A DNA stretch of 64,000 nt, from contig MU271199.1 in NCBI GenBank assembly GCA_021432655.1, positions 1-64,000 of the forward strand, in the 5' to 3' direction. Position numbers and translations under genes: made by a program. Below are positions 26,680 through 39,800 of this stretch, piece after piece. Within the stretch, counting starts at the first letter, position 1. Every line of letters starts with the position of its first letter. The notes beneath the pieces are model-generated. The model was not told the origin of the DNA and searched no databases. It worked only from the letters and a program-made list of their open reading frames with translations. This DNA is from Atractiella rhizophila (taxonomy: Eukaryota).

Positions 26680-27718
26680 ATGTCTGAAGAAAGAGTCGCA
26701 AAGCTTGAATCCACCGTAGAGAAGCTTGCCCACACGGTGGACAAGTTGCAATCCGAGCTCGAAATTCGAAGGATGCAGCACGCGTACGGTCACTACCTTG
26801 TGAGTTCCTCGTTGACTCTTAAACAGACGCATATTTATTTGATTGATCCTTAATCCAGGACCGGTGTCTGTATGAAGAAGTTGTAGACATGTTCACGGAT
26901 AATGATCCCACTGTCATCTTCCATGGAGGGATATGGAAAGGGAAGGAAGGGGTCCGAAGACTTTACATTGGACGTTTTCAAAAGGTGTGCACCCTTCATT
27001 GGCCGTTCTTTGCTAAAAGGAAACATAGCATTTCACCAAAGGTGTGCTTTTTCTCAATTAGAGGACGCTTTCCAACCTGTGAAGTCCACAGGGAAGAACG
27101 GGCCAATTCACGGCTTCCTTTTGGATCATCCTCAGCATCAAGACATTGTGCATGTCAACGACGACCTAATGACAGCTAAAGCAAGATGGAGAACGACAAT
27201 GCAAGCTGGGACTCATAAGTCGATTATCAGCGAGGGAAGTAATGCGCTGAGGCAATGGTGGGAAGGAGGCGTTTACGAAGTTCGTCAGTGCTATCTCCTT
27301 TGCTAGTCTTATTCCTTGTGAGCAGAACGAATACTGTCGGGACGAGCCTGGTGGACCATGGAAGATTAAGAAACTCGATTACCACCCATTGTGGCACGTA
27401 AGTGATTCCTTGTAGCTGAACGAAAGATGATGTTCATTTGTATCAGGGAACATTCGAAGAAGGTTGGGCGCATACGAAGCCTGAATTTGTGCCATTCCCC
27501 AAGGAGAAAGACTTGTACCCGGCCGTGGAAGCTGGCCCAGATGAGCTCTGCGAGCGACAATGGGTACTACGTCCTCCACACTTCCCAAATGTTCTCGCCT
27601 AACATTATCTTGCTAGATTTGGCCAGATACTCACGTGGTGCCTTTCCACTACCCGCATCCCATCACCGGCAAGTGGGCTAAGCCAGAAGACCTAGAAGCA
27701 AAGAAGATCATGCTGTGA
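26680..27718 (+). CDS. SnoaL-like (NTF2-fold, SnoaL_4) protein, PEP2-like
   Basis: EIRRMQHAYGHYL|DRCLYEEVVDMF, GKEGVRRLYIGRF, NGPIHGFLLDHPQHQDIVHV, AKARWR, QWWEGGVYE|NEY, WKIKKLDY, WPDTHVVPFHYPHPITGK. Confidence 0.85.
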
Positions 27719-27780
27719 TTCTGTCAGCTACTTCGTCGTGTACTGTAAGTATTGTATGACGAATGTATTCAAATTCGTTG

Positions 27781-28164
27781 CTACAGTAGTTGCTCGCACT
27801 TTGTCAGTGCGCCATTAGTACTAGATCTAATATTACTCTTTTCGCTATTAATACTTTGTTTCTCAAACGACAAATGCTGGTCAGATTTGATAATTTTGAT
27901 AATATCCTTTCGGCGACCGACTGCTTTGCCCCCGCGGACAAGAGAACCCGGAATAGAGATCCAACCTGTCAGACGCAGGGCGACCTGGAGAAACAATGCC
28001 TTAGCGTATGCATCGACAGCAACAAACAGGTGGATGCTGCCAACCCCATTGAGGAGTTTCCCGGACTCCACGAAGACTGGGTTTACCTTAAGTTCCGACT
28101 GAGGACCGCGTGGTTTGTACAGCCTCCTTCGTGCGATCTGCCGAACGTCTTTATAAGGGACCAT
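27781..28164 (-). CDS. possible small hypothetical protein
   Basis: 127-aa ORF with protein-like composition, convergent on the SnoaL gene; no motif. Confidence 0.25.
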   Translation of the reverse strand: MVPYKDVRQIARRRLYKPRGPQSELKVNPVFVESGKLLNGVGSIHLFVAVDAYAKALFLQVALRLTGWISIPGSLVRGGKAVGRRKDIIKIIKSDQHLSFEKQSINSEKSNIRSSTNGALTKCEQLL

Positions 28165-28503
28165 CTTGTACGACGTGGGCCAGTTCTGTAACGTTCAGAT
28201 ACGATACAAGGGCACTTCAAGGTCTGTCTCTTTTTTCAACCACCCAAATACTTCATTACTTCAGTGACTTTCGTTGTTATCTTCTATGTATCGGTTCTGA
28301 CTCACTTCTAGCCCAGTCACGTGAGAAAGTATCACATTTCTATTTTCTCTCGATTGCTGCTTCGAAATCTTGTAAGTTGTGTTGTCTACACACCCGCAGA
28401 ATAATGAGACCGAGATGCAGCATTATTTGACGCGGTTGTTTATCGAAGTACGCTTTTTAACTGTTAAGTCAGCTCCCACGGATACTGATGGAATGCAGTC
28501 ACG

Positions 28504-29680
28504 ATGAACCACTCAATCTATTCCGATACTTCCTCCAGCCTCTTTCACCACCACAACACCCCTTCTCCGTTCTCCTTCTACGCAGTGGACGCCATTCCAC
28601 CACCTCAACCAGGGCGAACTAATTCAAATGGCAACGTTCCCAGCTCTGGAACACGCGATAACAATGCCCAGCCGCATCTTCAAGCTGACCCGCAAGGCCT
28701 TTTTGTTTCCTCGAACGGACAGGGACAAGCCTTCGTTAGCTGGGGTGATTTGCAAAATTTCCTCTCAGATCCTGTAAACATGAGACATCTCCCACGAGAT
28801 CATCCGCTTGTCCGGTTAGGACAAATACTGAGAGGTCCTTTTTCTCCTCTTGCCCATCCGTACAACGGAAGTCCTGACACGGGAGCGTAGAGCAATCGAA
28901 CGAATACAGCAAACAAAACTTACCTCCATTTTCTTTGGGCCTCTCCCATCCCGCACCAGTCCACTCACACGCGCCACAATCTCGACACTCCCCCGGACCT
29001 TCCTCAAGTACATGGCCCCTTTCCACCTCCTCAGCCTCTCGCCATTCCCCTCCAAACGACCCCATCTTTCGAGGTGGTTCTCCAGCTCATTCACACCGTT
29101 CTGAATCTCCCGCGGATCGTGAACCGCCGCAGTCGACCATGCCAGAGGTGAAGACGAGGCAGGCCTCAGAGGATTTAATCGTTTTCTGGGACGAGAGTTG
29201 TGGACGACCTGCCCCTCCTGATAGTTTTGGAAGTCCTGGAGCTGATGAGGGAGAAGAAGAGAGGAGAGGAGAGAAGATCGTGTTCCCCAAGGACGGTTAT
29301 GTTAGAGTTTGGGTGGAAGACAGCGAGCAATTCCCAGGAACGGGTGTGTACTTCGCTGTGTCCAGGGACAACGGCTGACCTTGATCTGTGTCTGTGTGCA
29401 ACAAGGCAAAGGACCCGGTAACTTTTGGCTTCGTGGCCAATGTCTCAACTTGAGGGAATGTATCTGCGGATTCAAATTTGTGGCACGAAACTCTGTCGAC
29501 CCTTTCAAACGACCCTCCATAGTCCGAGCACATCTTGCGAATTGCTCTAGGAGGGGCGACAACGACCCCCTCAAGCGCCTCTGCGCTCTTTACGTCAAGG
29601 GCGAAGTTGGTGTGAGGAAGAAGAGCAAAGTCCCTAGGAGGAGGAGCGAGAATAGATATTCTGTACGCACTCTCCTCTAA
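28504..29680 (+). CDS. hypothetical Ser/Pro-rich protein with C-terminal Cys/His cluster; splice model uncertain
   Basis: Three successive ORFs. C-terminal ECICGFKF...RPSIVRAHLANC could be a zinc-binding motif. Junction near 28830-28890 unresolved. Confidence 0.45.
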
Positions 29681-30297
29681 GTTGTGACATAGAACTGATT
29701 CGGAACAGGCCTATCCACCCGGTAACCCGAATAAGTCAAATGCTCCACCAACCAACCCTCTAGCCAGTATATCTGAAGGCAGCCGTTTCACTGAGATTTA
29801 AGATAGCCAGGTTTGACCAAGTATACACCGTATGTAGTATGAACGTTTCGTAGGTCAACTATGACTCCGCACTTCCCAGTTTCGCATCAGTCTCGTCGAG
29901 GTCGACTACTTGTAACATTTACTCTGACGGTTGCAAGTCAATGCTTTTATCCCGCACTCCGTTCAGAGCCTTTGTTCAACTTGATTGAACTGGACATGGA
30001 AAGAACGATTGGAGAGACAAATGAAACTAGAATGGGATTTGTTGTCTAAGATGGGAAACGAAAAACGAAAACTATGGTGGTTCTGCATGACTGCGCGAGA
30101 AGAAATCTAAAATAACTTCTCAATTTGGAGTGAGGAGCAACTTGAGACGGAGACAGAGACAAATTGAAAGCAGGCGCAAACATGAGAAGTCGCAGAGAGG
30201 TGAAGACGTGGAGATGCAGAGACACTGCGAGTAATGAGGTGGATATGAGACGAAGATGCAGAGAATCGAACTGAAGAGCCCGCATATTCACAGAATC

Positions 30298-31708
30298 CTA
30301 CGTCGTCTGACATGAATGCAGTCAGTAAACAACCAGACATTATTACAATGCGGAAAGCCGAAAGAGCCACACACCTCGAAACTGCTCATATTGTCTAGTC
30401 TAAGTATACTCATAACTTGCCGTATCCTTTCTGGAGATATAACAGTGGGATGTCCGTTAATGACAAGTATGTAGTTACCGTGAGCGTCAAGAGCCTGATC
30501 AATGGTATTTCAGTTGCTGAAACGCGATGTCAGCGCTTTTGTTGATAAACTTACAATGCTCTGGAGCGACGCAGGAATCGCGACCATGTTGGCACTTGTA
30601 GAGACTTTAGGAGAATGCTCGAACAGGGAGGCCATAACGCGACGATAAGGTGATTTTGGAAGCGGTGGCAAGAAAAGGCAGCGAAAGATGATTTTTGGAC
30701 GGATGGCGAGAAGAGGTAACAGAAGCAGGTTTTATAACACCCAACGTAGCGGCAGTAGCTTTGTAAGGCCGTGCGCGACCCGAACCTAGACTCTGAAACA
30801 GTGCCTCCAGAAGGTACCAAAGAACGAGGCAAAGAATGCGCGCGAAGAAAAATTGCCCAAATATTTTTGGTTTGAGATGAGGACATGTAGATGTCACAAA
30901 CGAGGGCAAAACCACCAGGTCGAACCGAAAGTGACAATGTTCCCCATTCAGAAGGAAAATGCCCTGCAGAAACGCACTCAAGACCTGAATGGATACCAGT
31001 AACTTTGCTTATTTGTTTTGCGGGCCAAGTCTGTTTATGGTTCGCGAAAGTACAGCATATCTAAGAGACCTCTGCATGTTTATTAAAGTTGACTTATGCT
31101 CTGTTACTAAGCTAAGATAACCTCAACTTGGAGTCGTGGTCAGTTACAATGAGTGAGCAGGAGCAGTATGAGTACAGAGTTTGCTTTAGGTCCGTTCCGC
31201 TACGGTCATATTACAACGACACCCTGCCACACACACGCACACACAAACAAGAAAGATAGGAAATACAGCAGAACAGCGTGGAGGAGAGAACTCCCAAAAA
31301 ACTGCGAAGACAATCACGAAAAATGGCTGGCGATCTTGTTCTGTTCCTTGGTTTAAGCAGACTTGACTACGATGCGGCTAAGATGGGGCAGCTTCTGTAC
31401 ACACAGGACCTTTAACAACGGAAAATTATTTTGAACGAACGTACGGCCAGTCTCAGTCTGTGGAGTAGCAGATGCCCTCCCACAGTGTTTGAGAATCTCG
31501 ACACAGAGGTCAGAGGCACCTTTTCTTCCGAGATGCAATTCGTGGCCATCCAAAATAAAGATGTAGACACCGTCCCCGGTAATCATCTACAATCCTCCAG
31601 TGAGGGAGAGGATCCGAAGACAGACGGACAGCTGACCAGGTTCCGAATTCTTGGAACATCGGGAGCCTCCTGGACAGGCTTGACCTCCTCAGTTGTGCTG
31701 TTAGGCAT
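30298..31708 (-). pseudogene. unannotated multi-exon gene/pseudogene, paralog A
   Basis: MPNSTTEEV..PDVPRIRNL|MITGDGVYIFILDGHELHLGR...AFLQGIFLLNGE...ASLQSI|ALDAHGNYILVINGHPTVISPE. An in-frame TAA at ~31353 suggests decay. Confidence 0.5.
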
Positions 31709-33672
31709 CTTGATATTTCTAAAATAAGCAGCAATGGTGTATCAAGTTTGGAGACAAAAGAAGAATGCAGGGAAACATTTGGACCCTGCCCGTACGTACG
31801 TGAAAGGAAGGAGGGAAACCCAATACGTGTCCATGCTAAACATCCTCCTTTCATTGGAGCAAATAGTCAAGCCTGCAAACAAAGCAGCATGTCATGCATG
31901 GCAACTCATATATCATCTGTATCTTGTTCATTGCCACATACCACATTAGCAGCAACATCGTGGATTCGTCATGGCAGATTGTTGCAGTGATCTGCATCCG
32001 CTAACTACTCTGACCGATTTCTCAGAGAAAACGAAGTCGATGCAGTGTTACTCTAATACGAAACATGGCATGATGGCAACAACATTGCCTTCCTGCCATC
32101 CTCAGCGAGCAATCCTATCTAGGTGCCTAACCAAAACACAAAACACCTCTCTGTTTCGAACTTGTCACAGAATGTGAATATCATATGCAGACTGAACATG
32201 CATCAGCGACATCATTTCTGTTTGAACTCTCATATGTAGGCTCCGGTCGAGAGTCGGCCCATTGATACAATCTATAAGGCCAGCCCTAGTTATATTTCGA
32301 AGACCGGTGCTCCAGCATAATTGGTGCTCTAGCAAGTGCTACGATGCGTCATGAGGCTTTACGAGTTTCATGACATGTACGTTTGAAAGGGACCTTGCCC
32401 GTTTCCTGTTCGTATACTGGTTTACACATAGCAGACAGGCGAGAAAACAGATTGAGAGGAAGAGCATTGGTTATCCTCTACTTGAAATATCAAAATTTTC
32501 ACTGTTCCCTTCACCATCACTTCTAACTCACAGTGCTGAAATAATGGGTCACCGATAATAATGCGACTCACACCACCACGATGTCCCCCATATCGCCGCT
32601 CGATGGATGGATATTCAATAATAAGATAACTTTTTTACACGGAGTGGTCGAGGACCTGATTTTGATTTTTTAACGGCTTTTAAATTTTAGGGGCCAGGAG
32701 GAATGGACCAGCCAGGCTTTTATAATTTTGCAAGACGTCCCTGTACAACTCTTTGTGGCAGTTTGTGCGTCCTGTCGACTCATCTCCGACAGATATTGAC
32801 GGATGGGCAAAGCTGTTGTATTGTACCTGTGATCATCTGAGCCCTGAATGTAACCGTTCGTCGCTTCTGTACGAGAGTTCTTAACGTTCACACCGATCCG
32901 ATCCATTTTAACAGTGCAATGAATTCCATTTTGTGATGAATGTTCAAAAATAATTGGTCGTCCAAACATTCAAATGGAACATAGACGCGACGATGGATCA
33001 AGATCAAATGAAGTAAAGGAATTGGCCCCTTGGCTATTGATCCACGTGACCGTACAGCCTGCAGTTTCGCTTTCGCGTCAGTCTCGTAGCAGTCGAAGTC
33101 AAGTCGACTATTTACTCAACACTTGCGAGTCAATTCTCTTATCCCTCTCTTATCAGACGTATACTGGACTGAGATTGGGTCTACACGTAAGTACAGGATG
33201 CTATAACCAGGTATCATGGAGATATGGTGCTTTTGCTGGAAAGAAATTCTTGAAGCCGTTATCACAACACGAAATGGAGATGTGTATGGAAAATGAGAAA
33301 CTGATGACGAGAAGGTGGTGATCATCATCTGTGGAGGTGTTGAAATCACTTTGAAATCAGAAGGGAAGATGTGGTGTTTCTGTAGATTGGAGTGAGGAGA
33401 AAGTACGAAGCCTCCCTGATGACAGTCAAGGAGCAACTTGAGGTGGAGAAGAATACAAAGTAAAGGACATCATGCATCACGAAGGTACAGAGGAAATAAG
33501 AGTACGGTAGAGATGCATCACAACTTGAGATGGAGATGAGGAAGAGTAACATGAGATGAGGACTCAGATAGACTGAGAGATTGCATGTTACAGAATCCTA
33601 TGCTGTAGTTTGTGCATGCAGTCAATACCGTGATGAGACCTGGACGGCTTAAAACAACGTACCTTAAAGAGA

Positions 33673-35019
33673 TCACATCTTTTGCCGGATGATGTCCATC
33701 ACAATCGCTATTGATTCGGGTGATATAACGGTGTACTGTCCGTTAATAACGAATACGTAGTTGCCACGAGTGTCAAGAGCCTGATGAACAACATTTCAGC
33801 GGCTGCGGCTGAACGACTCCTCCTCCTATCGATAGACTTACTAAGCTCTGCAGCGAAGCATGAACTGGCGCTGTCGGATGTTGTGCAAGAATATCAAGAG
33901 AGAAGGTCATTATGTGGTAAGAGGTACTGGAAAACGCTCAGGAAAACAAGATGGCAAGGCAGCGAAAAGACTTACGCTGCTCCTGCCTTTTATTTCTGGT
34001 AGTCCAACACTGCGGACACAAACCTCCCATCGCTACATTACGACAACTGTCAAACCCTACATCGACCTAATTCCTGACCCAATGAAGAGTCTATATCTTG
34101 TTAGTGCCCTGTCCAAACAAAAGATTTCAAAGTCGCCGTTCGGAAGAATTGCGGAAAGGAATGCCAACGCTGCAGTCTGGTCACTAATACCAGACTTTAA
34201 ATAGGTTTCTGAGATATCACATGCCTTCTTATCGACGTTTCCCTCCATAGCAGGAATATATTCGGCAGATGAGAATGCACTGAAGCTCTGGGCACCTTCT
34301 GTTCCCGAATTTGCGTTGTCAGGTCGTGGAGGTCGTTACAGTTCTGTTTTTGTGGGGTAAGATCAAGTGATCGGATTGCATTGAGTCCAGCTATTAAAGT
34401 TTGCCAGATTTTGGTAGGAGTGGGTTCGGCCCGCGCCCAAAAAGACCTCATCAACAAACATCGACAAATTAAAAATGCGACCATTCATTCTGCAGGATCA
34501 ACTTGCCTGAGGTGTCTGGAGCTTTGAGGGTGACAATCAGGAGTGGCAAGATGCATTCCGGTACAGGAAAGGGTACAATCACACGATGGAATGCAAACAA
34601 ACGGAAAACGCGGGGGAGGAGAGCAGCTTGTGGATGGGTGCTATTCCAAAATTCAACAACAATCGCACAACTAGCTGCAAATTCTTGATTTCGGTTAAGA
34701 TGGGACATCCACTGCAGACACAACACCTTTAGCCAATGGGAAAACCACTTTGAACGAACTTACGGCTGGCGTTCCCAGCGGGAGAAACCGTCCCCATTTT
34801 TTTAAGAATCTCTTCACAGATTTCAGTGGCAAGGTTTCTTCCGAGACGGACTTCATGGTCATCCAAAATAAAGACGTAGACACCGTCTCCGGCAATCATC
34901 TATACTTCCTGCATGAGCAAGAAGAGGTCAGAAGATAGGAAACAGACCAGGTCTTGAATTCTAGGAACATTTGGAGACCTGTCGAAGGGCAGAACCACTT
35001 CAGTCGCGATGTATGGCAT
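33673..35019 (-). CDS. unannotated multi-exon gene (possibly degenerate), paralog B
   Basis: MPYIATEVV..PNVPRIQDL|MIAGDGVYVFILDDHEVRLGR...AFLSAILPNGD...ASLQSL|ALDTRGNYVFVINGQYTVISPE; same intron positions as paralog A. Confidence 0.5.
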
Positions 35020-36848
35020 ATTGAACCTTTCTAATACGATAGTGTAACAGTTTTGGAGAGAAGTTTTGGGGAGAAACGAGGAACGAGGTGACTTGTTGGG
35101 AACAATTGACCCTGACCCTACCCTCCAACAAGGAGACAAACGAAATGAAACTCATACCATGCAAAACATTCTCCTTTTGTTGCAGCAATAGGGATGGTTG
35201 CAAGCAAAGCAGAACGTTCCGCATGCAAATTCAGACATCACTTGTGTATAACTCATGGCCACATGACAGTGGCAATCGGGAACGAGTTTGTGCACTCGTC
35301 GCCGTCAGATTTCGGGATAGATAGGCCCCCATGAGCCTTTCTTCCTTCCAATACTCAGCCAGTTCTCTATTGAAAACGAAGCTAACGTTCGTCAGCTTGA
35401 AATATGCGTCATGTGAGAACTCCTGAGAACAGGGATTGAGGCATTATCATACAAAAATATACCGTTGGATGTGAAAATTTTCAGCCCAATCTACTGTTCA
35501 GTCTGTTCTAGCCAGCATAGATGGCTGTAGGCTGATATTCTCCGTCATTTCCATATACCCACATATATGCAGATCGTCTTCAAGAAGTATTAAAGCTCAT
35601 AAGCTACGGCAACGATTGTGTTGCAATTCTGCCATCCTCAGCGAGGCTACCACATATAGGCGTGAAGCTAGGAACTCCATCTCTAGTTTGAGCTCTCTGA
35701 GATGGCCTAATCATTTGCAGGCTTGACAGTTACCACCTTGAGACAGGGCGAAAGGAGTCATGCTCTTAATTCTTGAAGCTCTGGCGTACACGTGTGTGAG
35801 GCAAAAATGTCATAATGGATTAGGAAACTTTAGGAACTTCATGAACCTAAGTTTGAAAAGCAGGATACTGTGGGCCGATGACGGCTTTTGCTTGTTTCTT
35901 CCTTCGAACTGGTTTGCGATGATCAAACGCAGCCAGGGCTAACAGGATCAGAGTAAAGGGGATCTGGTGCATTTTACTCAGAATCTCTCAAGGCATCCAC
36001 TGCTCCCTGTTCTCAAAACGATTCTAACTCACATTCTCCGCGATAAATACCCCCTCACAGACGATAATTCACATTAGACCACGACATCATTCGCCTCACC
36101 TCTTGGATGTGTTCTGCTGAAATTTGAGTGAGATAGGAAAGGAGCTGAAGGAGAAAGTGCTTGATAAAATGTTTGATTCGATTTCTAACAGGGTTTGGTG
36201 CCTGCGTTAGATCTGAGGGGGCAACGTGCGTGACAAGTCAGCCTGAGTTCAATGTCACTTATGTCACTTTCGTGTGGTTTGGGTGATTTTGATCATCAAC
36301 CAAATCATTTGAGCTCAACAGGGTGGGGCAGATAATAGGTGGGTTCGTTGTACTGATATGTCGCGAAGGGTCTGAAGCCTCCACATCAGCAGTTCTTAAC
36401 GTTCAAACGTCAATCTGAATGACTGAATGGCTGATCCATTTTCAGCACTGGGCTGACTTCGTAGCCAAAGGGATAGGCTGCTTCGTGATGCACGTCCACA
36501 TTCGACCGTTCAAACATTTGTGGAGCTTGTCATGTCCACACAAACGCGACAGATGTAAACAACAACAACAATAACACAAAGGAATTAGCCCCTTGGCTGT
36601 TGATTCACGTGACCGTCCCGTCCGCAGTTTCCGCGCGAAACAACCAGAAACACTGACCCTGACCTGAGCCGACTTTCCTTGTGCTATCCTTCTCGCATCC
36701 GATGATATAACGAGGTATCAAGTTCATCCGGAGTGGCTTGAAGTGATTGACCTGTACATTGCGGCAGTTAGGTGGTTAAATCAGTTGGTGTGCATCTCCC
36801 TTATCTCTGGAAAGGGTCCATCATTCAGCAGTCGTTGTTGTTAGCCAA

Positions 36849-39800
36849 ATGGCAGGGTTCATTCCATTCGTTTTCGTGGCATATGCTGTCACATATGTGG
36901 CCTGCCAATCCATCTCAAAACTACCCTTGCCTTCCATGGAATGGATCCCGGTCACGACAGCGGGGAGTGGCCCTCCTCCGTTATCCGGTGCATGTTTATC
37001 GGGTGATGGGAGTGCGGATGGAAAGGTTGTGCTGGTTGGAGGAATGTAGGCCCTCAATCGTCTGAAGCAGGTACAGAAGGCTAACCCATTTTGTCAAGCT
37101 CTGCTTCCGGGACGCTCACGGCGACGACCTATATTCTTGAGTTGGACAACCTGACGTGGAGATCACCTTCCACTGCTGTATCAACATTCCAACCGGATCC
37201 ACGCGCCAACGCAATTTGCACCTACGACCGTTCATCCAACTTCCGTTCCGAGATTCTCTTATATGGCGGTTTGCAGTCTTTGAGCCCGCCAACTCCGACA
37301 TCGTGTGTTTCTCCTCACACTTTGCGGATGTGGCTCACTTTAATATTCTTTCCTTAGGACCATGTTCTCTTTCGAAATGACTTATGAATTTTGGTCAGAA
37401 ATCCAGGTTACTTCAGGGTCGCCTATTGCTGTCTTCGACGCTGCGGGAGGCGTGGATCCGACGATCTCCAGCTCTTCTCAGGATGTCAACAATCGTGAGG
37501 ATCCTATTTCCTCTTTTCTCTACTTGCTGATGCAGAGGAAAGCTTTCATCGTTCTTAGCGGATATTCCGGCGAGGACAAAAGCCATCCCCAAGGCGCTGT
37601 CTTAGGAGGCACTCTCTCCTCCAATGTCCAATCGGTCACCGTGAACTGGGGAAATTTTGGTGCTGACTACTCTTCTGGTCAGAACGTTTGGGGAGCAGCT
37701 GGTGCCATTATCGGAGGCTCTCAAACTGCCCTCGTCAGTGGTTGCGACGCCTCGGCAATAGGGAATATGGATTACTCCAGCTTCAGCAAATCCAACGCCG
37801 CTTGCGCATCCTCTAACCTTACTTTACTATCGTTTTCTTCCGCGTTCAGCGCAGGAGCAACCTTCTCTTCATTGCCTCAACCGTCCCTCTCCACGCAAAC
37901 CACACTTTGTCCTGCGCCGCGAATCGGTATGCCAATAATACTGCCGCAGTCAGGGAATCTGACAATGCCTTAGGTGGAAAGATGGTCCCCAATCGAGCTA
38001 CATCGTCTAACTCTTACGGTACTCAAGCGCTGCTTTTTGGTGGCCTGATTGATTCAGAGACTTGGGATGACGGCGGTGGTTCCAATAAAGGAGAGATAGC
38101 AGTGCTCGATCTTACCACGGAAACGTGGTCACGCGTTATACCCTCCGGAGCTCAAGTACCGTCCGCACGCACGAATCCTTCCGTTTTTGCACTAGCAGGA
38201 GCGATTTCAAACGTAGGGAGCTCAGCAGCGAGAGGGACAGTAGATGTGCTGGTGTTTGGAGGTCGAGAAGTCGAAACCGGAGACGCTTTGAATGACCTCT
38301 GGGTTTTGCGTTTGCACGGCGGAAATCCTGTCACGGACAGCGTACAAGGTGGGATGACCTATCTTTCACAATGTGCGACTAAAGTGGTCATCCCTCCCTC
38401 AACGACTTCAAGCTCCGCCCCAACGACTTCCACTTCAACCACTTCAACCACAACACCAGCCGTTACATCGCATTCGGATCAGTGGACCGTATCTTCCAGT
38501 CATCAGTATCTATCCGGCCTCTCTATTGTTATCGCCCTGCCTTCTATCTTGTTGTTGCGCTATGCATCATCCCCGCCATCAACCTTCCTTGGTTTCTCTA
38601 CTCTTGCGATATCCTACACTCTGGGTGTGGCCGGCGCTGCGATTGGCCTTTCAACCGCAAAAGTGGAAGATGAGGATAAGACATTAATTAGACGAGCTGA
38701 CACTCCTGCTTCTGAGCCTTCAATACTGTCAACATTGCATGCTCAAGTTGGCGTTGCTGTGTTCGCCGTAGTATACGGTGCTCTGCCTTTGCTCTATTTG
38801 CTTCTCTTCTGTAGGGGCGTACGCAACAAGGAAGATATGGAGAAAGGTCAGACGGTGTCTCAGACGGAAAAGGTGCCTATCGGTATTCCACTACTCGAAC
38901 CGACGGAGGAAAAGACACCGATGAGTCCCAATAGCGAGTTCTCCTTGATTCCTACGCCGCCGTCTGCGCACCATTTCGAAGGGAATCGCAACGTCAATGT
39001 CTCCAGACCACTTCGTCGCCCATCCGCCCATTCATCAGTCTTCGAAAACTCGGACAGCGACACTGACGAAGATGCGGACGCGAGTCCAAACCCTCCGTCA
39101 GCGTGGAAATTCAAGAAGCGTCCGCGATTGGTCAAACAGCGTCGAGACAAGGCAGGATCGATGAGCGGAGCAACAGTGGCCGGGGAGGAAGGGCTGAACG
39201 AGGTGGCAGAAGGAGAAGAGCTGAACGAGTTCAAGCCTCGATCGAACAGCGTCTCTTCCTTTCAGGTGCTCAACCGTAAACGACAGTCAACGGCATCTCA
39301 ACCAGGACGCTCGTCAACATCTGATTTGGGGAGTCGACCCGAAACTCCAGCTCCTCTTTTAACGTCTCATTCTCGTAATCAAAGTTACATGTCGACATTC
39401 AACAGCTATCTCAACGGATCATCCCAATATCAATCCGTGAATATGCAGGCGAATGCGTCAGACACCGCGCGGTCCACTAACTCGCCACGGATGCCTCCTC
39501 ACGTCCATGAATACCGAAGGATAACGAAGCGCCAATGCATTGCTGCCATCGCTCTACATGTAGCCCTCATCTTCTCAGCAATTTATCTGCTAGCGACGTT
39601 GTTCTCGACCTCCAAAGGACTCTTTGGGGCTTTCCTCGCTTGGGTCCTCATCTTCTACGTGCTATTCATCCTTCTGGCAGCCAAAGGACACCCTCAGAAC
39701 TCAAGTGTTGCAATCCTACTTGAACGCCGCAAAACTCAAGCCACGCCGCCTAATGTACCCTCCGAACTGCCATCAAAAAATGTGCCGCCTCAAAATATCC

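Larger units (their letters stand above)
30050..36725. repeat. diverged tandem segmental duplication, units ~30050-33230 and ~33285-36725
   Basis: Collinear matching blocks: 30436/33722, 31370-31590/34690-34905, 32090/35627 (CTGCCATCCTCAGCGAG), 33014/36577 (AAAGGAATTxGCCCCTTGGCT...CACGTGACCGT), 33202/36705. Confidence 0.85.

Noticed and set aside
28110..28430. ORF ending in CSII (CaaX) as a pheromone precursor
   Set aside because: No proper ATG start near the 5' end, no repeated pheromone peptide, and intergenic-like composition; likely chance.
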